Positions 19,830-27,774 of a stretch of DNA of 64,000 nucleotides are shown piece after piece (the stretch's first letter is position 1; every line of letters starts with the position of its first letter). The position numbers and the translations under genes are program-made. Source of the stretch: an uncultured Bacilli bacterium (GTDB taxonomy: Bacteria; Bacillota_I; Bacilli_A; RF39; UBA660); assembly GCA_934096605.1 (NCBI GenBank), contig CAKOMI010000002.1:789-64788 (forward strand). The letters run 5' to 3'. The notes under the pieces are model-generated. The model was not told where the DNA came from. It was given only the letters and a program-made list of their open reading frames with translations, and did no database searches.

Positions 19830-20069
19830 TTAATTTTTGAGTTTACTCTTGAAAATGCTTTTTTTGTATGCTTTTCTTTCATCTGTCTGATAAAGAATGT
19901 AATCAATGCTAGTATTATAATAGTCGGCTAGTTTAATTAAAATACTAGTGGGAATGTCATTTGTACCTACCTCATATTTTGAGTAACCGGTTTGAGACAT
20001 GTTTAAGTATTTTGCTATATCTTTTTGAAAAAGATCTTTGTTTTCTCTTAAGTCTTTTAATCTATTCAT
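19830..20069 (-). CDS. XRE-family HTH transcriptional regulator
   Basis: LRENKDLFQKDIAKYLNMSQTGYSKYEVGTNDIPTSILIKLADYYNTSIDYIL is a canonical HTH_3 domain. Confidence 0.85.
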   Translation of the reverse strand: MNRLKDLRENKDLFQKDIAKYLNMSQTGYSKYEVGTNDIPTSILIKLADYYNTSIDYILYQTDERKAYKKSIFKSKLKN

Positions 20070-20111
20070 GTTATCACCTGTGCCAATTTTATCGCACGCT
20101 AAAATGGATTA

Positions 20112-20140
20112 TTGAAATATAACCTAAATTAGGTTATAAT
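20112..20140 (+). promoter_or_regulatory. promoter of ORF 20166 with embedded 19-bp perfect palindrome (candidate XRE operator)
   Basis: TTGAAA (20112-17), 17-nt spacer, TATAAT (20135-40). The palindrome ataacctaa-a-ttaggttat (20119-20137) fills the spacer and overlaps the -10. Confidence 0.5.
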
Positions 20141-20165
20141 CAAATTAGGATGGTAAGGTGATATT

Positions 20166-21470
20166 GTGTATAAGTTTAGAAAATGGCAGATGAAACATTA
20201 TGTGATGATGATTTTAGTTTTGATTGTTTTAGGTCTATTTATTTTTCTTAAAATATTTAATACATATGCTGTATTTAGTGAGGAAAAACATTTTAATGTG
20301 ATTAATGGTGAGATTAAAGATCCAGGAGACATATATTTTGCTTATTATGTAGATGATAAGATAACAAGGAGTATTCCTAGTAAAGGTGTAGGATATGTGT
20401 TAGATACAGAAAAAAGTAATTGTACTAATGGGGTAATACCCAAATGGGATAATGCGGGATGGCAATTTATAGGTGATTATAGTGGTTATAATGCCACTGA
20501 TTATACTAGAACTAGGTGTAATTTATACTTTAAAAAGATTGATATGACTTTATCACAATATATAAATTCTTTGGTTAAATATGATGATGAGTTAAGTCCT
20601 GATGAAGCAGGTGGAAATATTAGATATATTGGTAAAAATCCCAATAACTATGTGAGTATTGATGGTGAGTTATGGCGTATTATAGGTGTCATGAAGAATA
20701 TTAATGATGGTAATGGTAATATTAGTGATCGTGTAAAATTAATCAGAAATGAAAGTATAGGCAATTTTGCATGGGATACAAGTGACTCAAGCGTTAATGG
20801 CGGTTGGGGTATCAATGAATGGACTAAGGCCGATTTAATGAAATTATTAAATCCTGGGTATGAAAGTGAGTCAGTAGGTGGCTCATTATACTGGAATAGT
20901 AGGTCAGGCACATGTTATAATGTCAAAAATAATGGTACAACTGCTTGTGATTTTAAAAATACTGGTATGAAAGATATTTTAAAAAGTTTAATAAGCGATG
21001 CAACTTGGAATTTAGGTGGCGTTCCTTATCCAGGTTATGAAGATTTTATAGCATATAATTATTATGCTTTAGAACGAGGTTCAGTTGTGTATAATAATTA
21101 TCAAACAACTTGGGTTGGAAAGGTAGGACTTATATATCCAAGTGACTATGGCTATGCAACAAGTGGTGGCATTACAACTGATCGAACAGCATGTTTAAAT
21201 ACACCATTGCTTAATTGGCATTATAATGATATAAGCGATTGTAAAAATAATAATTGGCTTTATTCTGAAACTGATTATTTATGGACTATGACAAGTGATT
21301 ATAGTACTAATTTATATGTAGTGTATGTTAGAGATACTGGTTTTGTTGGTGTTTATAATTATCCTGGTAATGGTAGAACAGTAAAACCAGTTGTGTATTT
21401 AAAAGATTCTGTGAAAGTGGTAAATGGTCTTGGAACAAAGGATTGTCCATTTGAATTATCGGCTAGTTAA
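20166..21470 (+). CDS. surface protein with SipW-type signal and lectin-like C-terminal domain (short paralog of 1271..4153)
   Basis: N-terminal TM ending ..IFNTYAVFSEE (compare the GTxAYFxD class). The C-terminal ~290 aa are collinear with the C-terminus of ORF 1271..4153. Confidence 0.8.
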   Translation: MYKFRKWQMKHYVMMILVLIVLGLFIFLKIFNTYAVFSEEKHFNVINGEIKDPGDIYFAYYVDDKITRSIPSKGVGYVLDTEKSNCTNGVIPKWDNAGWQFIGDYSGYNATDYTRTRCNLYFKKIDMTLSQYINSLVKYDDELSPDEAGGNIRYIGKNPNNYVSIDGELWRIIGVMKNINDGNGNISDRVKLIRNESIGNFAWDTSDSSVNGGWGINEWTKADLMKLLNPGYESESVGGSLYWNSRSGTCYNVKNNGTTACDFKNTGMKDILKSLISDATWNLGGVPYPGYEDFIAYNYYALERGSVVYNNYQTTWVGKVGLIYPSDYGYATSGGITTDRTACLNTPLLNWHYNDISDCKNNNWLYSETDYLWTMTSDYSTNLYVVYVRDTGFVGVYNYPGNGRTVKPVVYLKDSVKVVNGLGTKDCPFELSAS

Positions 21471-21491
21471 TTTTAAATATCTGTTTTTATT

Positions 21492-21519
21492 AAAGATTTT
21501 TAAGATGAAAATCTTTTTT
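21492..21519 (+). terminator. intrinsic terminator
   Basis: aaagatttt-taagatg-aaaatcttt followed by tttc. Confidence 0.6.
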
Positions 21520-21590
21520 CTAAAAAGCGTATGTAGCTTATTGACTACAAAGGAATTTTGCAGTATACTTTGGTTGATTGGAGGTAATAT

Positions 21591-22247
21591 ATGGCAACAA
21601 GCATTGGGTGTGGTATTGTTACGAGAATGAATATTTCTTGTAAAGTTGACTTGAAAGAAAATGAAAAAGATATTTTAAATAGAATAAATAGTTCTTTTGA
21701 TTTAAATTATTATAACGTTACTTGTAATTATGAACAAAATAGTTTGAAATTGAGATTAAAGGAAGATATGGTTAATCCTAAGTTACAGGAATTATTTAAG
21801 GAATTGTTTACAGTTCCTGAATTTAATAGTTATTTATGTTATAGATTTCTTGAGTTAAATGATTGTAGTAAAATTGAAAAAAGAAACGCGATTGAAAAAT
21901 TTTTAAATAATGATTTTGATATGTTTATTTCAAAAAAAGATGCTCAATATAAGGAAGATAACTATAATTATGTATTAAAATGTTGTGAAAAGTTAGAATA
22001 TGATTATGACTATTATTTTGATAATTATTTTTATTGTACAGATATGTGTGATAATTTATCATTTGATGATGATTTGAATTCATATGGAGTTTTGAGAGTT
22101 TTTCCATATTCTATTTTGTTTTATCTAGATTTTAGTGTTACAGATAGTGAAGATATTACCTTTACCTTAAGAACGATGAACCATCTACTTAAGAGAGCTT
22201 TAAAAAATGAACTTAAAAATATAATTATGTTTGGTTTGATTGGGTGA
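21591..22247 (+). CDS. hypothetical protein (Y/D/N-rich)
   Basis: 218-aa ORF; an alternative start MNISCKV is at 21627. Its stop overlaps the GTG of the next ORF. No family recognised. Confidence 0.45.
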   Translation: MATSIGCGIVTRMNISCKVDLKENEKDILNRINSSFDLNYYNVTCNYEQNSLKLRLKEDMVNPKLQELFKELFTVPEFNSYLCYRFLELNDCSKIEKRNAIEKFLNNDFDMFISKKDAQYKEDNYNYVLKCCEKLEYDYDYYFDNYFYCTDMCDNLSFDDDLNSYGVLRVFPYSILFYLDFSVTDSEDITFTLRTMNHLLKRALKNELKNIIMFGLIG

Positions 22248-22252
22248 TTTTT

Positions 22253-22540
22253 ATGACTGAAGAAAATAAGCTTATACAAAAAATGGAAGATGAACAAAAG
22301 GTAATAGATTTAGAATACAATTTAGTATGCGATTTTATTAGACTTAGAAATGAACTTGGTTTAACACAACAAGAAATGGCTAAGGAAGCTCATGTGGTAA
22401 GGGAAATGATTGCAGTTATTGAAAATCGTAAAAAGCATCCTCAAATAAATACATTAATAAAAATATTAGAGCCTTTTGGTTATACATTGTCTATTACAAA
22501 AATAAAGGATAACGATGACCTTAAGACTCTTGATGACTAA
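22253..22540 (+). CDS. HTH (XRE/HigA-like) DNA-binding protein
   Basis: LRNELGLTQQEMAKEAHVVREMIAVIENRKKHPQINTLIKIL is an HTH_3 domain. Confidence 0.75.
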   Translation: MTEENKLIQKMEDEQKVIDLEYNLVCDFIRLRNELGLTQQEMAKEAHVVREMIAVIENRKKHPQINTLIKILEPFGYTLSITKIKDNDDLKTLDD

Positions 22541-22554
22541 AAAATCATTTTTTC
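22524..22554 (+). repeat. left copy of ~30-bp direct repeat bracketing the abiE cassette
   Basis: agactcttgatgactaaaaaatcattttttc. It spans the last codons and stop of the HTH gene plus its terminator-like hairpin. Compare 24204-24236. Confidence 0.6.
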
Positions 22555-22606
22555 GGTATATATTATTTTTTATTGAAAATGTATTTAAAGTAATAGCATA
22601 ATTTCT

Positions 22607-22680
22607 TTACATGATGACTGACAAGCGATATAATGTTCCTGTGAAAAGGAAAAAAAATTTTTTTTCCTTACGGGAGGAAC
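22607..22680 (+). promoter_or_regulatory. abiEi promoter plus nested palindrome (candidate AbiEi operator)
   Basis: TTACAT (22607-12), 16-nt spacer, TATAAT (22629-34). Then gttcct..aaggaaaaaaaa/ttttttttcctt..aggaac: inner 24-bp perfect palindrome at 22646-22669, outer arms at 22635-40 and 22675-80 overlapping the SD gggagg. Confidence 0.45.
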
Positions 22681-22683
22681 ATT

Positions 22684-23280
22684 ATGGATTATGAAAGCCA
22701 AGTTTTAGAATATATGAAATATAATAGTGATTCAATAACTATAGAAGAAATAAATGAATTGAAAATTCCCAGAATAATATTAACCAGACTAGTTAATAAA
22801 GGATTGATTGAAAGAGTTAAAAAGGGATTATATGTTTTGAAAAACTGTTGGGGAGATGAATATTTCAATTTGATTTATGGTAATAACTATGTAACATTTT
22901 CTCATCTAACAGCCTTATATCTTAATGATTTATGTGAAAGAGTTCCTATGGAATACGATATTAGTGTTAAACAAAATTATGCTGGTAGTTTAAGAAATAA
23001 ACAAAATGTTAAATTATATTATGTATCTAATAAACAATATGATTTAGGTTTAATACAAATTAAAAGCCCACAAGGAAGAACTATAAAATGTTATGATGTT
23101 GAAAGAACTTTTTGTGATTTATTGAAATGTAAAGATAAAATATATTTAGAGTATTTAAAGTATGCTTTTAATGAATATTATAAAATTCAAAAAAATGATA
23201 TAAAGAAATTATATGAGTATGCGAAAAAATTAAATGTTTATGATAAGGTAAAAGATTTTATGGAGGTATTTATGTGGTGA
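22684..23280 (+). CDS. abiEi: AbiEi-family type IV antitoxin / transcriptional regulator
   Basis: N-terminal wHTH (ITIEEINELKIPRIILTRLVNKGLIERVKKGLYVL) and a C-terminal AbiEi-like domain. The stop overlaps the start of the nucleotidyltransferase gene (GTGGTGA). Confidence 0.8.
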   Translation: MDYESQVLEYMKYNSDSITIEEINELKIPRIILTRLVNKGLIERVKKGLYVLKNCWGDEYFNLIYGNNYVTFSHLTALYLNDLCERVPMEYDISVKQNYAGSLRNKQNVKLYYVSNKQYDLGLIQIKSPQGRTIKCYDVERTFCDLLKCKDKIYLEYLKYAFNEYYKIQKNDIKKLYEYAKKLNVYDKVKDFMEVFMW

Positions 23281-24111
23281 ATATTACAAGTATAAAAACA
23301 AAAATAAATAATAAAGCTAAAAGATTTAATTTGTCTCCGCAAGATTTAATGCAAATGTATTTCTTTGAAAGAATATTATATAGAATTTCCATAAGTGAAT
23401 ATAAGCATAATTTTTATTATTAAAGGCGGTTTATTACTATCCTCAATGTTTGAGGATGAAAGTAGAACTACTCAAGATATGGATACAATGATTAAGGGGA
23501 TGGAGATAAGTGAAGAGACATTAGAAAAGGTAATAAACGACATTTTAAAAATGGATGTTGGTGATAATATAATTTTTAAAATATTAGGCTTTAGGAGAAT
23601 TAGAGAAGAAGATTTGTATGGCGGTTATAGAGTATCAATTAAGGCCTTTGCAGGTACACTGAGTGTCAATTTAAAAATAGATATTACAACAGGAGACCCG
23701 ATTATTCCTAGAGAAATAGAATATAGTTATAAATGTTTAATAGATGAAGGTATTATTAAAATAATGGCATTTAGTAAATATAGTGTTATAGCAGAAAAAT
23801 TTGAAACGTTAATAGAAACATTAGAAACAGATACGCGTGCAAAAGATTTTTACGATATTTATAAATTAATGAGTGACGATATTGATGGTGAAAAACTATA
23901 TAAAGCAATATATAATACTTTTAAAAGAAGAGATACATTAGATTTGTTGAAAGATTTAAAGGCTAGATTAAACATAATTAAAGAAAGTTTAGCTTTGAGA
24001 GAATATTGGCTTAATTATCAAAGAAAAAATTATTATGCTAAAAATATTAATTATGATGATTTTGCTGATTCAGTGGAGAATATTGTTAATATTATTCTAA
24101 AAAATAATTAG
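23274..24111 (+). pseudogene. abiEii: AbiEii/DUF1814 nucleotidyltransferase toxin, interrupted by a +1 frameshift in a T5 run
   Basis: The frame starting at GTG 23274 encodes VVNITSIKTKINNKAKRFNLSPQDLMQMYFFERILYRISISEYKHNF and then stops at 23421-23423. The family-typical continuation IIKGGLLLSSMF..TQDMD is in the +1 frame (track ORF 23395..24111). Removing one T from ttttt (23411-23415) restores ..KHNFIIKGG... Confidence 0.75.
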
Positions 24112-24203
24112 TGTGAAAATACTTTTTTTAAATTATATGCCTTAGTTTAAATTGTTAAAAATAATGTTGGTTATTTTATAAAATAAAGTATAGTGATTTA
24201 CAT

Positions 24204-24236
24204 AGACTCTAGATGACTAAAAATCATCTTTTTTTC
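24204..24236 (+). repeat. right copy of direct repeat bracketing the abiE cassette (also a terminator hairpin)
   Basis: agactctagatgactaaaaatcatctttttttc. Hairpin agatga-ctaaaa-tcatct plus a T-run. Confidence 0.6.
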
Positions 24237-24259
24237 ATACAATTAAACAGGTGATACGT

Positions 24260-25321
24260 GTGAAAAAAATACTTTTTATAGGCCTTTTATTATTAATGTT
24301 TATACCAAAAGTAGAAGCAATACAGGCAGAAAGTTATGTTGTGATGGATTATGATACAGGACGTATTTTAGAAGGAAAAAATGAAGACAAAGAAAAACTT
24401 ATTGCCAGTACAACTAAGATAATGACAGCAATTATTGCCTTAGAAAATGGTTCTTTAGATAGTACTATAAAAGTTGGCGAAGAGGTCTTAAAAGCTTATG
24501 GTAGCGCTATTTATCTTAGTTTAAATGAGGAAATTTCTTTGAAAGATTTATTATATGGTTTAATGCTTAGAAGTGGTAATGATGCCGCGATAGAAATAGC
24601 TTATCTTGTAAGTGGTAATATGGATAATTTTGTGGGTTTAATGAATAAAAAAAGTTATCAATTAGGTATGAGTCATACTAAGTTTATTAATAATCATGGT
24701 CTTGAAAATGACAAGGGAGAAGGAAATACTTCTACAGCAAATGATATGGCAATACTTATGCGTTACGCTATTAAAAATGAAACATTTAGTAGTATTATTG
24801 CTACTAAAAGTTATACGGCCAAAACAAGTGGTAAAACTTATACTTGGAAAAATAAGAATAAGTTACTTTTTAGTTATAAAAACATGTTGGGGGGAAAAAC
24901 AGGATTTACAGAAAAAGCAAGGAGAACTTTAGTAACAGCAAGTAAAAAAGATGAGAAGACTTGTATTGTTGTAACTCTTAATGATGGTAATGATTTTCTT
25001 GATCACAAGAATTTATGTGAAAGTGTTTTTAAAAATTATGAAAGGGTGGAGGTAGTAAATAAAGATAATTTAAATATAGATAAAGATCCAATGAAATATT
25101 ATATAGAAAATAGTTTATATGCTCTTTTAAAGCCAGATGAAATAGATAAGTTAAGTGTTAAGTATGAGATAACTCATGATAGTAATGATGCGGGGTATGT
25201 AAAAGTTCTATTAAATAATGAATTACTTACAAGTGCTCGTTTATATAAAAGAGAAGAAGAAAAGGGTGATAAGAAGGAAAATTTTTTTGTTCGGTTCTTT
25301 AAATGGGTGATGGCATGGTAA
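24260..25321 (+). CDS. dacB: D-alanyl-D-alanine carboxypeptidase (peptidase S11; sporulation PBP5*-like)
   Basis: Signal peptide. SxxK as STTK, SxN as SGN (RSGNDAA), KTG as GGKTGFT. Followed by spmA-spmB, as in the Bacillus dacB operon. Start is GTG 24260 or 24251. Confidence 0.85.
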   Translation: MKKILFIGLLLLMFIPKVEAIQAESYVVMDYDTGRILEGKNEDKEKLIASTTKIMTAIIALENGSLDSTIKVGEEVLKAYGSAIYLSLNEEISLKDLLYGLMLRSGNDAAIEIAYLVSGNMDNFVGLMNKKSYQLGMSHTKFINNHGLENDKGEGNTSTANDMAILMRYAIKNETFSSIIATKSYTAKTSGKTYTWKNKNKLLFSYKNMLGGKTGFTEKARRTLVTASKKDEKTCIVVTLNDGNDFLDHKNLCESVFKNYERVEVVNKDNLNIDKDPMKYYIENSLYALLKPDEIDKLSVKYEITHDSNDAGYVKVLLNNELLTSARLYKREEEKGDKKENFFVRFFKWVMAW

Positions 25322-25893
25322 GTTATATATGGGCATTTTTTATTATAGTTGGGTCAATTTATTTAATTGTTACAGGTAATGTTAGTACTTTAAATGAAGA
25401 AATTTTAAAGGGAGGACTTGGGGGGATAAAGTTATTATCAGAAATGATGCCTTTACTTGTTTTATGGACAGGTATTATGCAAATAGCTGAAGATTCTAAA
25501 TTATTAGATAAGTTTGCTAATTTAGTAAGACCAGTTTTATCAAAACTTTTTCCAAGTTTAAATCCCAATCACCCGGCAATTGGTTATATAGCTAGCAATA
25601 TTGCAGCGAATGCACTGGGACTTGGGTCTGCTGCCACACCATTTGGACTTAAAGCTATGGCTTCTATGCAAAATGATAATGAAACACCTGATACGGCAAC
25701 CGAGGCGATGGTAACATTTCTTATTTTAAATACAGGTGGAGTGACAATTATTCCAACAACAGTTATAGCCCTTAGACTTATGTATAATTCCAGTAATCCA
25801 ACAGAAATAATTATTACTAGTATTTTAGCAACTCTTTGTTCTAATATTTCGGGACTTTTATATGATTATTTTAAAAGGAGAAAGGATAAATGA
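25315..25893 (+). CDS. spmA: spore maturation protein A (nucleoside-recognition/Gate domain)
   Basis: MVSYIWAFFIIVGSIY.., polytopic. Position after dacB and before spmB. Track start is 25303. Confidence 0.8.
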   Translation: MVSYIWAFFIIVGSIYLIVTGNVSTLNEEILKGGLGGIKLLSEMMPLLVLWTGIMQIAEDSKLLDKFANLVRPVLSKLFPSLNPNHPAIGYIASNIAANALGLGSAATPFGLKAMASMQNDNETPDTATEAMVTFLILNTGGVTIIPTTVIALRLMYNSSNPTEIIITSILATLCSNISGLLYDYFKRRKDK

Positions 25894-26411
25894 ATCAAGT
25901 TTCTAATTATATAGTACCGGTATTTGTGTTATTTATTATTATTTATGGTATTAGTAAACGTGTTAATATCTATGACTCTTTTTTAGTTGGGGCAAAAGAT
26001 GGGTTAGTAACAACTTTTAAAATAGCGCCAGCAGTTATAGGGATGGTTTTTGCAACTAATTTATTTTTGAGTTCGCATTTTTTAGAATTTGTTTTTTCTT
26101 ATTTTACGCCTATTCTTAGTATGTTTAACATTCCAATAAGTGTTTTACCAATGGCTTTTGTAAGGCCAATATCGGGAACTGCATCTTTAGCAATTATGAA
26201 TAATATTTTTGCTTTGTATGGGCCAGATTCTTTTGTGGGACGTCTGGCTAGTAACTTACAGGGGTGTACGGATACGACAATATATGTGCTTGCTTTATAC
26301 TTTGGGTCGGTAAAAATTACTAAGACTAGACATGCTTTACAAGCCGGATTATTTGCTGATTTAGTGGGGATAGTAGCGGCTTTTATAATAACATTTATCT
26401 TTTTTGGGTAA
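25890..26411 (+). CDS. spmB: spore maturation protein B
   Basis: ATGA overlap with spmA. Polytopic Gate-domain protein (..FVRPISGTASLA..). Confidence 0.8.
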   Translation: MNQVSNYIVPVFVLFIIIYGISKRVNIYDSFLVGAKDGLVTTFKIAPAVIGMVFATNLFLSSHFLEFVFSYFTPILSMFNIPISVLPMAFVRPISGTASLAIMNNIFALYGPDSFVGRLASNLQGCTDTTIYVLALYFGSVKITKTRHALQAGLFADLVGIVAAFIITFIFFG

Positions 26412-26562
26412 AAAAATATGTTTCTTTAATCCCTTTTGTTTACGGAGAAAATTAAGACTTACGCATATATATGTTCGCACATTTGCAAGAAAAAATTTGA
26501 CAAATTAGAATATGATATAGTATAATGTACTTACTTTCCGGAAAAGAGAAGGATGGTTTAGA

Positions 26563-27234
26563 ATGAAAAAATTACCCTCGGTTAAGGGAATATGTATTGC
26601 TTTAATCGTAATTAGTTTAATACAAGTTGTTTCTAATAGAGTTGAAAGATTAACAATATTATCACTTGATAGTACGTTAACAACAAGAGTGAATCCTCTT
26701 TTAGAAGCTATTATGTTAAAAAGTAGTAGGGAAAGCCTACAACAAGAAGAAAAAAATGTTAAAAAAGATACTGTTATTAAACAGGAAATAGAGATAGTTA
26801 GTTTAAAAGCTGCAACACCAGTTATTGTCTATGATGGCATGACAATGGAAGAGCTTACTAATAAACTTAATTTAAGCTTAAAAAGTAGTTTAAGTGGTTA
26901 TGGTAGTAGTTTTGCTAATTATGCAATTCAATATGGTGTAGATCCATATCTTGCTCTTGCTATAACATTACATGAAACAGGTTGTAATTGGACGTGTAGT
27001 AGTTTAGTTCAATCTTGTAATAATGTTGGTGGGATGAAAGGTAGTGGTGGATGTGGCTCATATGCTAAGTTTGATTCATTAGATGCTGGTATTGAAGCAA
27101 TGATTTCTAATTTAGCTCGTAATTATATTCAAAAAGGGCTTACAACACCTGAGACTATTGGTCCTAAATATGCTGCTAGTGCAACATGGTCTAGTAAAAT
27201 AAATTACTATATTGAACAAATTAAGAATGCTTAG
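26563..27234 (+). CDS. secreted glucosaminidase-domain peptidoglycan hydrolase
   Basis: N-terminal signal/anchor. FANYAIQYGVDPYLALAITLHETGCNW...NNVGGMKG..YAKFDSLDAGIEAM matches the mannosyl-glycoprotein endo-beta-N-acetylglucosaminidase-like domain pattern. Confidence 0.65.
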   Translation: MKKLPSVKGICIALIVISLIQVVSNRVERLTILSLDSTLTTRVNPLLEAIMLKSSRESLQQEEKNVKKDTVIKQEIEIVSLKAATPVIVYDGMTMEELTNKLNLSLKSSLSGYGSSFANYAIQYGVDPYLALAITLHETGCNWTCSSLVQSCNNVGGMKGSGGCGSYAKFDSLDAGIEAMISNLARNYIQKGLTTPETIGPKYAASATWSSKINYYIEQIKNA

Positions 27235-27256
27235 AGATTTATAGAATCTCTTTTTT
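27233..27256 (+). terminator. intrinsic terminator
   Basis: agagatt-tatag-aatctct followed by ttttt. Confidence 0.55.
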
Positions 27257-27262
27257 CGTCTC

Positions 27263-27291
27263 TTGCAAAAATGAGTAAATTTAGTTATACT
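27263..27291 (+). promoter_or_regulatory. promoter of the tandem prepilin genes
   Basis: TTGCAA (27263-68), 17-nt spacer, TATACT (27286-91). Confidence 0.45.
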
Positions 27292-27313
27292 TAATAAAGA
27301 ATTGGAGAATGTT

Positions 27314-27766
27314 ATGAAAAAGGGATTTACTTTAATAGAGGTGTTAGCTGTACTTGTAATACTTGCTTTAATTGCGGTTATTGCTATTCCTAACACATTT
27401 AAAATTTCAGGTAATATAAAAAAGGAACTTTATTGTAAAAAAGTCAATGTGGTGCTTGATGATGCTAAAAGATGGGGGACAGATCATATTAGTTCATTAC
27501 AAAGTGATTGTTATACAGCTTTTAATGTTAAATATTTAGTAAATAATGGTATTAGTAAAAAAGATAGTAAAAGTAAAGATTCTTTAGTTATTAATCCTTA
27601 TTCTAATGCGACAATGGATAATGATAAAGTATTACTTTATAAAAAGAATGATCGGGCTTATGCTTACTATATTCCTAGTAGTGATAGTGATATACAATTG
27701 CTTTTAAATTCTTGTGATATAGTGGTAATTACTAATTATAATGTATGTAAAAGTTATATAGATTAG
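27314..27766 (+). CDS. type IV prepilin-like protein (ComGC/PilA class N-terminal cleavage-methylation motif)
   Basis: MKKG/FTLIEVLAVLVILALIAVIAIP is the canonical G/FTLxE prepilin leader with Glu+5. ATG 27314 follows ggaga. Confidence 0.85.
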   Translation: MKKGFTLIEVLAVLVILALIAVIAIPNTFKISGNIKKELYCKKVNVVLDDAKRWGTDHISSLQSDCYTAFNVKYLVNNGISKKDSKSKDSLVINPYSNATMDNDKVLLYKKNDRAYAYYIPSSDSDIQLLLNSCDIVVITNYNVCKSYID

Positions 27767-27774
27767 AGGTATTT

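Noticed and set aside
21424-21630. Track ORF 21424..21630
   Set aside because: It spans the stop of ORF 20166, its terminator hairpin (21492-21519) and intergenic sequence. It is not a plausible gene.
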